From positions 12,648,001 to 12,712,000 of the forward strand of contig NC_043000.1 in NCBI RefSeq assembly GCF_006345805.1: a stretch of DNA of 64,000 nt. The letters run 5' to 3'. The first letter of the stretch is position 1, and each line of letters opens with the position of its first letter. The stretch is from Octopus sinensis. Taxonomy: Eukaryota. The notes under the pieces were generated by a model. It had not been told where the DNA came from, made no database searches, and saw nothing but the letters and a program-made list of their open reading frames with translations. Shown here piece after piece: positions 51,521 through 63,794 of the stretch. A program made the position numbers and the translations under genes.

Positions 51521-51990
51521 GTGGAGGTGCAATGGCCCAGTGGTTAGGGCAGCGGACTCAAGGTCGTAAGAACATGGTTTCAATTCCCAGACCGAGCATT
51601 GTGAGTGTTTATTGAGCAAAAACACCTAAGCTCCACGAGGCTCCTGCGGAGGGTAGTGGTGAACCCCGCTGTACTCTTTTGCCACAACTTTCTCTCACTC
51701 TTTCTTCCTACTTCTGCCACAAAGCAGAGGAACCATGGTGTAACCCACTATGGTGTGGTAAACTTTCAGACCCTAGTCTAGATTGCGAATGGTTCAGCTC
51801 TCCACCCGTTAAAAGCCACCGTTTACGGAATGAGGATAACGACGTAGCTTTCGCGCCCGTGCAACCGCCAGTCTATCGCGTGTGGCAGGTGGATCTTCAA
51901 GTTGACACACGCATTCTTAGTAGCTTAGAGTAGGCTCGAATTAGAGATTATTCTTTGTGGCTAATGGCATGACTCCTGATTAAAAGAAGA
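51521..51990 (+). mobile_element. tRNA-derived SINE, head B with a unique long tail
   Basis: Head B runs to about 51710, then a tail not seen elsewhere in the window; possible TSD ACAGCAA. Confidence 0.75.
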
Positions 51991-52499
51991 CAGCAAGTTA
52001 CACTACACCCCGTCAAGATACACAGACTCTGCAACATAAAGTAAAGATTACTTTATCAAACATTTCATGAAAACCAGCCACTGAGAAACCACATAATGAC
52101 AACAAATGCAAAGCAAAGAACAAGCAAGTTCCACAAAGACAATGATTTTGACTACTTCTTTTCAACAGACAACCAATTTTTTTTTTTTTAAATAATTTTT
52201 TTTCTGAACCTCTTTGAATTCATAAGGCCAGTGACCCAGTTTCCATTCCACATAAGTGACCAAGATCACAACATTCATACTGAAAGAGATACCAGGGTTC
52301 AAAGCAGGCAATTTTGAGGAAAGGGAAGAAGTCGATACCATCGACTCCAGCACTTGACTGATACCTTATTTCATCAACCCATAAAAGGATGAAAGGCATA
52401 GTTGACCTCAGCAAGATTTGAAATCGGAACTTAATGAGTCAAAAGAACTGTTGCTGAGCATTTTGTCCAATGTGCTAACCATTTTGTCAACTCAGCAAA

Positions 52500-52700
52500 A
52501 CCAATAGGGAAATCTAAACAACAGAAAACCCTCAAGGCCAGAAAAGAATCACAATACATCGAAAATATCTAGGCCCTAAAGGAATTATTGCACTGACAAA
52601 CATCTACAATGCCTCCTACTAACATTGCCAAATTCCAAGAATCTAAAGACTTAAGACAGAACATAATCATTGACAATTCTAAAACCTGACAAATGTAATA
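52500..52700 (+). mobile_element. Possible Penelope-like RT N-terminal remnant
   Basis: DLRQNII/TILKPDKCN resembles the ..IIILKPDKGN motif of Penelope-like RTs; abuts (TA)n. Confidence 0.35.
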
Positions 52701-52713
52701 TACATATATATAT

Positions 52714-52766
<53 letters not shown>

Positions 52767-52977
52767 ATATATAATATATATATATATATACATACACACA
52801 CATATACATACATACACACATGTATATATATGTGTGTGTGTATATGTATGTACACACAACACATGCTAGCATGGAAAGCACACATAAAATGATAATATAT
52901 ACATGTGTGTGTATGAATATTTATATGTACATACATGCATGTATCTCACTCTCTGTCTGTCTGTCTGTCTCTGTCCC

Positions 52978-53013
<36 letters not shown>

Positions 53014-53593
53014 ATGTATGTATCTATATATATGTGTGCACATATACATATTCACACACACACACACATACACATTTAAACATATATACTAGTATGCATG
53101 TGAGTGTGAATGGGCATGCATGTATCTATGTATATGTATATGCGCACGCACAAACACACATATATATACTTACATACATATATACACACACACATATACA
53201 TACAAACATACATACACACGCACACACACGCACACACACATAGGATTCAATTAAAGTGACACTGTCAGACTAACGGAAGCGGGATGGACATACAGTGTCT
53301 ACATCATCACTATCACATCAACATTGTCATTTCCCCCCAGTAGAAGCAGAACATCCTAGCATCATCATCATCACCACCACCGCCACCACCACACATCAAA
53401 GATCAGTGTGAATAGCAATAAATGGTGGCATTGATCGATCGATTGCAATGTCAAAATAGAACACAGCTTTAATGGAAAGGAAATAATCATAGAATATGGT
53501 AATTGCACCACAGACTACTGCACACAAACATTATATATATATATATATATATTTGTGTTTATGTGTATATGTGTGTGTGTGTAAATTATATAC

Positions 53594-53628
<35 letters not shown>

Positions 53629-53779
53629 TATATGTAATGTATGTAATATATATAGCGTTTAAACATAGAGGTGCAAAAGTAGATACACAGATATAATTTC
53701 CATAGCAAAAATTATAAACCTATTTTTGCACATTTCACTAAATATAGAGTGTTTCAGTGCATGTATGTGTACGTATGTA

Positions 53780-53819
<40 letters not shown>

Positions 53820-53825
<6 letters not shown>

Positions 53826-54067
53826 CAAAATTGGACAAGAATGCAAAACATCCAGAAGATGATACAAAAAACACGGACGGGTCATTCGAAGCCTTTAATC
53901 TTCAGTCAAGAACCGGATCATCCTCGCAATTTCAGCTGATTAATCTTGAGATTGCTCTAACCTGGCCAGCTCCAAGGAAAAACTAAGCTAAGAGCATTAG
54001 ATTCCTTGGAAAAAAGCTTCGAATGTATACGAAACAAGGACGGAAAAATGGACGATGTCACACAAAT

Positions 54068-54068
<1 letters not shown>
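53820..54068 (-). mobile_element. (TA)n-embedded repeat, Penelope-like UTR fragment
   Basis: Related to 34000-34190 (GAGCAATCTC..G...CAG..GAAATTGC...CGAATGACCC); both copies are bounded by TA repeats. Confidence 0.55.
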
Positions 54069-54126
<58 letters not shown>

Positions 54127-55413
54127 AACATACACCCACACACGTACATACACACACGCACATACATACAATGCATTTCGTCTCCAAAATCTATGCACAA
54201 GGCTTTAATCAGCTCAGGGCTCTATGTGAAGACACGTGCCCAAGGTACCACGCAGTGAGACAGAACCTAAAACCATGTGGTTGGGAAGCAAAGTTCTTAC
54301 TACCCACCCATGCTTTTGTAAATATATGTTCAGTTTGGTAAAACACATTCCATAACTATATTAAATTGATGCTTGGAGTCCTTCATGATCTCATATTCAA
54401 AACAAATTGTTGTTTAAAATGAGATTGTGAAGGTCTTAAATCATTGGCTTAATGGGTTTGGGAATGTCATTGCTCCAAATTAAACATTAAAAAAAGCTAA
54501 TAAGGAAATAAATCTATTTACACACACACACACACAAACGTAAATGGTTTGACCTCATTACTCTGTAAGGAGCAGAAGGCCAGTTTTCCAGTCTCTCTGG
54601 CATATATATATAAATTCCGAGAACAGGAAGCCGGTCTGTCACAGGAATACTCATTTTGTTCCAGCTGAGTGGACTGGAGCAGCATAAACTGAGATGCTTT
54701 GCTGCAGAACACAACGCATCACTCGATCCAGGAAATGAAACCACAGTCTTACGATCATGACCCCAGCACCATAACCACTAAGCCATGTGCCTCCATCCCT
54801 CAACACTAAGCCATGCATTTCTGCTGGCCTTCATCACACACACACACAATATTCATTAACCTTTTAGTGTTCACATTATTCTGCCCAAATTAATGCTTTT
54901 TCATCCTCATTGTTTTGAACTAATCATGCATTATCTTGTAGCTATGAGATTTTGATGAGGTAGCTGTTAATTTTTAAAACAATATTGTAGGGTTGGTGTG
55001 AGAGACCAGATCTGGCCAGTTTGAACATAAAACAGGCAGAATACTTTTGGCCGGATATGACCGGTTTAAATGCTAAAGGGTTAAAGTGTATCTAAGATTT
55101 ATTTGCACAATGTCTCACCCCAGATAGTGATCCTTGGCAGAGGTCACCACAGAACTTTGCAAAGGAATTTAAGACACAGACTATATCATCATCATTTAAT
55201 GTCCACATTTCCGTGTCTGCATGGGTCAGATGGAATTTGTTGAAGCAGACTTTCTATGGCTGGAGGCTTTTCCTGTCACCAATCCTCATCTGTTTCCAAG
55301 TAAGTTAATATTTTCCCACGACCAGGCATATTTTCGGAGAAGAATGGAAATACAGGACACCGCTTGCATGACAGTGGCACTCATTTACAACTTTTATGCG
55401 ATCTCTACACAGT

Positions 55414-55580
55414 AGAGATGGCTGTGTGGTAAGTGGCTTGTTTACCAACCACATGGTTCCGGGTTCAGTCCCACTGCGTGGCACCTTGGGCAAATGTCTT
55501 CTACTATAGCCTCAGGCTGACCAAAGCCTTGTGAGTGGATTTGGTAGACGGAAACTGAAAGAAGCTCGTTATATATATGT

Positions 55581-55619
<39 letters not shown>

Positions 55620-55822
55620 TGTGTCTGTCCCTCCCAACACTGCTTGACAATCAATGCTGGTGTGTTTACGTCAATGTAACTTAGCGGTTCGGCAAAAGCG
55701 ACCGATAGAATAAGTACTAGGCTTACAAAGAATAAGTCTTGGGGTCGATTTGCGCGACTAAAGGCGGTGCTTCAGCATGGCCACAGTCAAATGACTGAAA
55801 AGAGTAAAAGAGTAGAGAGAGT
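55414..55822 (+). mobile_element. SINE family A
   Basis: Full-length match to family A. Confidence 0.85.
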
Positions 55823-57374
55823 AATACACATGCACACACACGTTCATTCATTCATTCATACATACATACATATATACACACACAATGAGCTTCTTTTAGT
55901 TTCTGTCTACCAAATCTAGTGTGTGTTTGTGTATGTGTGTGTGAGAGAGTCTCATAAAAACAAGCAGAAACTTTGAGGTCACTATCAACCCTTTTGTTGT
56001 AAATTTAATAAACATGTACTTTACTAAAAAGCACTGAGTAATTCTTTAGTTTAATGCTAAATTGTTTTAATAAATAACTCGACAAAAAAACTCATAATGT
56101 AAGTAAATAATATACACACTGTATATTATATATACATTTGTGTATGTGTGTACCTTTGTCTATCATCTGTGTCAATGTGTGTGTAAAATTGGAAAATATA
56201 TATATTGCAGTGTGTAAGACATGTATATACATGTATGATAGGTAAATGTCTATACATTATCAATGTGTGTATATATATGTGGACAAACAGAAAGTTTAGC
56301 TCTGTGTGTTTTTTTCCTTCATAACACAGTCTATTATCTTTGATCTATTATTATTAAGCAGCTCTCTGTATATATATATATATATATATCTACATTCCCT
56401 TCTAATAATGTGTCATTGCACTTTTCTCACACTTCACTTTGGCAAATTCACCAGGTTACTAAGGATGTCCGCATGACTGGATGGTTGTAACCTACCAGAC
56501 CGGACCAGATGAGACAATATACATACAGACACACACACACACGCACACCAAAACACACACATATGTACACATTATGCAGGAATACACACACATACATGTA
56601 CACATTACAAACACACCTGTATACATTACATGCACATATACACGCAGACACAATATGCTTTTTTTAATTAGCAGTCTAAATTCCCATGGTGGAGCCTTGG
56701 TTTCCTCAAATAAATTGCTAGAGAGAGATTCCCAATGTACAAGAGAAATTTCAAGAATAATAAATCAAAACAGCACAGAACACAGTACCGATGATATCCA
56801 TTAGTATTAACATCATTGTCTTCATCAGCAGCAGCAGAGCTATTCTAGCATCTACCTTTCCGATGCTTGCATGGGTCAGATAGAATTTGTTGAGGTAGAT
56901 TTTCTACAACCAAATACAGTTCCTTTTACCAAACCTTACCGGTGTTCAAGAAAGATAATTGCCTTGACTATCGAATAACCAACCATTAGCATTGATATAG
57001 AAAACAGTAACTGGATAATCACTGATGCTGCAATTAGCTGTCCAGCTGAATAAAAATTCGCTATGTGCAACCAAAGCAGTATTAGTTGTAAATAGTAATC
57101 TGTGTATCATATTTAATGTCGCCATCATCACTGCAGGATGTTTTCTGCCTGTTACTGATATATTTTTGTGCTATTTAACATTTTATGTCAATAGGAAATA
57201 TTATCACAGGATGAAACTGCAGTTAATTTGGCTTTCTATGTTGAATCTCCATTAAGTATAATACATATATTATTTTAAACTAATACTGATTCTGTTGCAC
57301 ATAATGAATAAAAATGATTATTTTTTTAAACAATCTGTTCATTTCCTAAACAGTGTGGTGTTTCAAGAGATGTA

Positions 57375-57432
<58 letters not shown>

Positions 57433-57433
<1 letters not shown>

Positions 57434-58094
57434 AATGGTGGCTCATAGATAAAATTAGTGGGGATGCTGCTTCAGAAAATTTTTAGACGTTTTAATATTG
57501 TGTTAGAGGAAACAAACATATGAAAAGAATATTTATACATAAACTTGATTGATTTGCATTTTAGCTACTGCCAGGTAATGTGTTTAAATTGCTCCTTGTT
57601 TTTCAAAAATCATCCCTAAATCACAAAATAAGGGGGGAGGGGAATATGCCCTAATTTTCAAATCTTGACAGCAACACTGTAGCTGGAACCAGGATAATAA
57701 TCTAATTCTATACTTTATCACATTCAAGAATATAAGCACGTTTTTAAGCACAGCACATGCAAAGTGAAAAAGAAACACTACCTTTCACCAACACTGCATG
57801 ACCCACAGTGCTCTCTCTCCCTAGCGTGAAGCTTCCTATTTCGTACAAGTGAGCATGCACACAACAGCTAAACACCGCGTCGCCAGAACTGTGAAGCGAA
57901 CAGTTCTATACAACGATTTTTGCATTTTTCTCATAAGTTAGGGGATGGCTACTAAGCTTAAGGATTATATAATGTACAAGTATAAAGAAACAAATTAAAG
58001 AAAAAAGGATTGATTGTATTGAACATTATCGATAATATCGAGTGGAAGTAGGGAGTGCTGCAGTTCCGCAGTGCCTATATACAAGCCGCCACTG
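57433..58094. mobile_element. Non-autonomous hAT-like element in (TA)n
   Basis: Termini CAATGGTGGCTCAT and ACAAGCCGCCACTG (CAGTGGCGG-type TIR). Confidence 0.55.
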
Positions 58095-58481
58095 ATATAT
58101 ATACATACATACATAAACTATAAAATTTATTTGCTCTCGAATGAACATCCTGAAGATAAGCCAAAAAATGTATTTAAATAGAGTTGTAAAGTGTAATTCA
58201 ATAGAAGCTATAAGATTCATGAATAACGGAAGGGTGATAAGGACAGGGGGAGTTAGTAAGGAAGGAAGGAATGAGATGAAGGAGACGACACAAAGAGGGA
58301 CTTGGAATGAACGAGTCAAAGACTCTAGACTCTAAAGAAGAAAGAAGAAAAGAACGACATCAAATGAGAGAGAGAGAGAGAGACACACACACAGGAACTG
58401 ATAGAGGAAAGAAAGCTGTGCACATAGACTGTATGGAGAGAACTTTAAAGAAAGAGACAGAAAAAAAGACGTCAACAAAAA

Positions 58482-58786
58482 GGTACTACTTTAGAAGAGT
58501 GGTCCCGGTGCGCGCACCCGCGTATCCGCGCTAGCTAGTCGTGACTGGTGGATCCTTTGTGTTTTTGTTTTATTTGCTTTGTTTTAAAAAATATTTACTT
58601 TGTGTTTTTGTGTTTTATTTACTTTGTTTTTAAAAAAATATTTACTTTGTGTAAAAAAATTATTTTGTGTTTTTTTTTATTTACTTTGCTAGGTAGTCGT
58701 TGTAGGATCGACTAGTCACGACTAGCTAGCGCGGATGCGCGAGTACGCGAGTGCGCGCACCGGGACCACTTTCCTTAAGTAGTACC
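58482..58786. mobile_element. Merlin-like MITE with ~75-bp GC-rich TIRs
   Basis: GGTACTACTT... and ...AAGTAGTACC termini; 8-bp TSD AACAAAAA/AACAAGAA. Confidence 0.8.
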
Positions 58787-58839
58787 AACAAGAAAGAGGA
58801 AATATATAGACATACAATGAATAAAGGCGAAAGAATGTC

Positions 58840-58873
<34 letters not shown>

Positions 58874-59128
58874 GAAGAAATAGGATTTGGGAAACGAAGG
58901 AAAAAGATATACAAAAAGAGAGGGAAAGTAGTGCAGTAAAAACGTGTGTATATAGAGAGGAAGATTAGGACAGGAGAAAAAGAAATGGGGAATTGAGAAA
59001 ATGAAGAGAAATATATATATATAAGAAGAGATAGAGAAAAGTACAGTAAAAACGTATGTACAGAAACAGAGAGAGAAAGAAAGAGGAAGGGACGAGAAAG
59101 CGGAATGAAAAATAGGAAATGAAGGAAA

Positions 59129-59153
<25 letters not shown>

Positions 59154-59163
<10 letters not shown>

Positions 59164-59447
59164 AATTAAGGACTGAACACGAAAAGTGGACAGTCAACAT
59201 GCTAGATATAGACATCAAATCGCCATTCTCCACAAAAGATTATGTTCTCAGATCAAGAACATAATCTTGATCTGAGAACATAATCTTTTGTGGAGAATGG
59301 CGATTTGACGTCTATATCTAGCATGTTGACTGTCCACTTTTCGTGTTCAGTTCTTAATTGGTATATATAAATATTTTAATCTTCGGATTCTTTTTTTAAT
59401 ATGCTAGACCACTGGTTCTAATTGATAAATATCAATTTCTACCCTTA

Positions 59448-59487
<40 letters not shown>

Positions 59488-59580
59488 AATTAAGGACTGA
59501 ACACGAAAAGTGGACAGTCAACATGCTAGATATAGACGTCAAATCGCCATTCACCACAAAAGATTATGTTCTCAGATCAA
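59154..59580. repeat. Triple (+/-/+) arrangement of a ~100-bp unit in (TA)n, Penelope-like
   Basis: Units at 59154-59257 (+), 59266-59368 (-) and 59478-59580 (+) are near identical. Confidence 0.9.
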
Positions 59581-59599
59581 ACTCATATATATATATACG

Positions 59600-59662
<63 letters not shown>

Positions 59663-60437
59663 GATAGATAGAGATAGATAGATAGATAGAGAGAGAGAGA
59701 AATAGAGAGGGGAAAGGGATATAAGTATCCGAAACAGGTGTTCCAAATGACGAACTATGTGAGTCACATGACAGCGAAGTGAGAAAAGAAGAGCGAGAGG
59801 GAGTAAGGACAATGAAGGAGAGACGGCAGCCCGTCCAGCGCGACTGATGTTATTTTGAAAGTGTATATATATATATATATATATATAGTTGCACCAGACA
59901 TCATCACTTTCCATTACAGACTGGAATGACCCTGCTATGTAAGACGGACAGGTCAATAACGTCAGAAACTACACCACGAGTCAGAAAACGAAAACAGCCA
60001 ATCGGGGAGACCTTTCTACGCAGTCACTCCATCTGCAATAAAATAGCAACCAAATCTTCCTCAAATCGCATCAGATCGTCTTTAAAAATGGAAGAGACGA
60101 GAGACGTCTATCAGTTGTCATAAATATAAACGGATAGAATGAACGAAAGAAAGAAACGAGTTGGTCACAGCCGGAAGCGGAACATTTTTGATCGTTAAAG
60201 CCTGCACGATCTGGTCTGACGTGGTGGTCGTGGGGAACTGAACTACAACAACAAAAACAATTGTAGTTTAATTAATTAATTAATCGCACGCCTACACTAC
60301 TGAAAAATATAGCTCAATAATTGTAATAAAACAAAAAATAACAAAAAAGCAAAATGATGTACAATTCTGAGCAACAGTTAAATTATACATCCAATTAATG
60401 TCAAATTAGGAGTAATAGTAGTGGTGGTAGTAGTAGT

Positions 60438-60840
60438 AGGAGTGGCTGTGTGGTAAGTAGCTTGCTAACTAACCACATGGTTCCGGGTTCAGTCCCACTG
60501 CGTGACAACTTGGGCAAGTGTCTTCTACTATAGCCCCGGGCCGACCAAAGCCTTGTGAGTGGATTTGGTAGACGGAAACTGAAAGAAGCCTGTCGTATAT
60601 ATGTATATATATATATGTATGTGTCTATATGTTTGTGTGTCTGTGTTTGTCCCCCTAGCATTGCTTGACAACCGATGCTGGTGTGTTTACGTCCCCGTTA
60701 CTTAGCGGTTCGGCAAAAGGGACCGATAGAATAAGTACTGGGCTTACAAAGAATAAGTCCCGGGGTCGATTTGTTCGACTAAAGGCGGTGCTCCAGCATG
60801 GCCGCAGTCAAATGACTGAAACAAGTAAAAGAGTAAAGAG
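60438..60840 (+). mobile_element. SINE family A, CpG-intact full-length copy
   Basis: Complete head, internal microsatellite and tail. Confidence 0.9.
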
Positions 60841-61109
60841 TTGTTGTTGTTGTTGTTTAGCCGTGAGTCAGCAAAAGGCGTTCAATTTATGACCACCCCA
60901 TCTTATTTTTTATTTTACTTTCAAACACAGAGTAAATAAATTCTGGGACTAAGTGTCTCCATTTAAAACGGTTGGTCTATGATTTCAGGAACAATTTGTC
61001 AGCTACATCGATCTAAAGGCTGCTTGTCAAAGATGTTATAGGATAAGGATGGCTAAATTGATATTTATTAACGTTCAAAAGCCGCAATATACATTTTTTT
61101 AAATTATAG

Positions 61110-61524
61110 GGATCTTTTCGGTTTGAACGGCAGTTTTTAACATAATTTCTAGGTAACTAAAAAAATTTTAAACTTCGTTTACTGGTAGAATGTGTTTATA
61201 AAACATCTTTTTCTCTTGGCTTTATTGAGAAAATTATATAGTTTGTAAGATATTTGTTTTCTTTCTTCTATTTCTGAATTTCAACCAATCACTGATGTCT
61301 ATTGAGGTAAAAAAACATTCTGTGCCGTATGAATATGTCCCTCGTTTAAGAAACAGATTGGGTTTATTTACATTTCTGAAGAAAAAAAGATACCCTTCCC
61401 CCACCCCTAACCTTAACTAACCCTAACCCTAAAACAGACTGAAATCGATACTAGGGTCATAATTATGGGTGACAATTTCATATGACAGCGCTAGAAAAAA
61501 CTGCCGTTCAAGCCGAAAAGATCC
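61110..61524. mobile_element. Merlin-like MITE with internal telomere-like (CCCTAA) repeats
   Basis: TIRs GGATCTTTTCGGTTTGAACGGCAGTTTT and AAAACTGCCGTTCAAGCCGAAAAGATCC; perfect 8-bp TSD AATTATAG. Confidence 0.85.
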
Positions 61525-61909
61525 AATTATAGTTATAAGACAATAATATCGTCACATAATTTTATTCATATGGTAAAATAATTTCTGTCCGTTGAAAGTT
61601 TGAATAGTCTTCATTTTGCAGTTATTACTTTAAAAACCGGTTGGTAGGCAGTTTAAGCTGTATCCATTATTAACTCGAAACCCACACATAGCTCTGAGAA
61701 TGGCATGCGGTTCGAAGGTCACAGTCAGGCCACTTTTTTGTTATGATTCTAGTACAAGGGAAGCAATTTTGAGGGCAGGGGCAGTCGATTATATCAATCC
61801 CGGTGCTCAGCTGTATTTATTTTATCGAATCCGAAAGAATGGCGACATTTGAGTTCAGAGCCAAAAGAAATGTCGCTAAGCATCTTATAATGATTCCGGT
61901 AATGATTCT

Positions 61910-62324
61910 TATTTCTTTATTGCCCACAAGGGGCTAAACACAGAGGGGACAAACAAGGACAGACAAACTGCTTAAGTCGATTACAACGATCCCAGTGCGT
62001 AACTGGTACTTAATTTATCGACCCCGAATGGATGAAAGGCAAAGTCGACCTCGGCGGAATTTGAACTCAGAACGTAGGGGCAGACGAAATACCTATTTCT
62101 TTATTACCCACAAGGGGCTAAACACAGAGGGGACAAACAAGGACAGACATAGGTATTAAGTCGATTACATCGACCCCAGTGCGTAACTGGTACTTAATTT
62201 ATCGACCCCGAATGGATGAAAGGCAAAGTCGACCTCGGCGGAATTTGAACTCAGAACGTAGCGGCAGACGAAATACCGCTAAGCATTTCGCCCGGCATGC
62301 TAACGTTTCTGCCAGCTCGCCGCC
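61910..62324 (-). mobile_element. Dimeric SINE family D
   Basis: Same dimer junction as near 25160 and 49625. Confidence 0.9.
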
Positions 62325-63794
62325 TTCTGCTGTCATTAGATTCTGAAATAATGTCCGCATGTTGCTATATATATATCTAAATGGGGCAGAGAGAGAGAAA
62401 GGGGAGAGATGAGTTAAAGGAGTGGAAACTAGATAAAGGTTAAAAGCTAACCTCGTACCTGTATCAGGCAGAAAAAGGAGTAAATTGGCGGAATCGTTAG
62501 AGTCGGACATCATACCTTACGGTATTTGATCCAGTTCTGAGTTCAAATTCCTATCGATAACGACACTTTCATCTTTTCAGGCTCAATAAAATAAAGTACC
62601 AGCTATACACTGGGATTGATTTCATCGACTAACCTCCTCACCTCAAATTTACTAGTTTGGTGCCTGAATTTGAATCGGTTCCAAAGATGATGGATAGGCA
62701 TAATCGTTCGGGCAAAATCCTTTGCGATATTTTTTACCAACGCTCTACGTTCTGAGTTCAAATCCCACCGAGGACAACCGCGCCTTTCATCCTTTCAGGG
62801 TCAATAATATAAAATAATGATTAAGTTGTGGAGTCGATGGCATCGACAAGCCATCTCTCAAATTTCAGACCTTGAGCTAATTCTTTGCCGTGGGCGAAGT
62901 GCAGAAATTTGTAATGTGTGCAAATTTTATATTCCTTTGCAAATGTTTACTCTCTCTTTCTCTCTCTCTTTCACACGCACGTATGTTGGTAAACAGTATA
63001 GTTTAACCATACCGAAGGTTTCGTGCACTTCACTTCTTCATCATCGAGGCTAAAATGCTGTAGCGTCTCACTGACGAATACGGTTGACTAAAATCATTAA
63101 ATCGCTTCAAACCCTTCGGTACGATAAACAGCAGATATATCCAACTTACGCGTGTAAGAACTTATATTTTTGTACAGTCTATATATAGGCACACATATCT
63201 AAACTACTCAATCAATAAAGTAGATTCATTAAAAAAAGTAGTTTGCGCACACAAGCTGATAATAAATTAAATAACATTCAATTATAAATACACTTGCACA
63301 CTAACTCAGTTTCACGTACACATTTCTTTTCTCTTTCTCCCCCCTCACACACACACTACGCTTATAATGTAATTAATTATAGTCAATGACACTAACACAA
63401 ACTCTTCTTCACATTCACTTACCATACAAAATATAAATGAAAAGTAATTATCTAGAGAGACTGATACACACACAACACAAGCATTTAACACAAAATAAAT
63501 GACAATCAATTAGATTAAATTATGTACGTGCATGTATATATATATATATATATAATGTATATTACTGACGAAAGTAGCATTAACTCTCGAGGTCGTTCAT
63601 TATTTTTCAACCGATCAATGGGGCCTATAGAGTAAAGCTATCAATAACGAACCAATAATGATTACTGGAAACAGCTGTAAGGCAGATTCACTACAATAAA
63701 CAAATATGTAATGACCACTGTTTATACCTTCTCTTGTGTATACACACATACATCCCAACAAGTGGAGGAATACACACACATATTATAATGCCCT

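Noticed and set aside
53895-53940. CTGAAGA plus GAAA on the minus strand as a type II hammerhead
   Set aside because: Stem II would overlap the core and helix III is absent.
59717-59742. GGATA(TAAG)TATCC-GAAA-CAGGTGT resembling the 3' half of a hammerhead
   Set aside because: No CUGANGA-like core or stem I upstream; may be chance or a remnant.
580-60661. Recurring peptide MPKVPRSGTEPGTMWLVSKLLTTQP suggesting a gene family
   Set aside because: It is the antisense translation of the family A SINE tRNA-like head.
384-60892. Numerous His/Thr/Tyr/Ile/Val/Cys-rich ORFs of 60-213 aa
   Set aside because: They are translations of (CA)n, (TA)n and (TG)n repeats, which lack stop codons; there is no domain signal.
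61405-61432. True telomere or chromosome-fusion site
   Set aside because: Only about four degenerate units, located inside a TIR element with a TSD.
63000-63090. Minus-strand GAAACCTTCGGTA hammerhead-like motif and a 75-nt exon candidate
   Set aside because: Core spacing and stem II do not fit; the acceptor is weak and there is no independent support.
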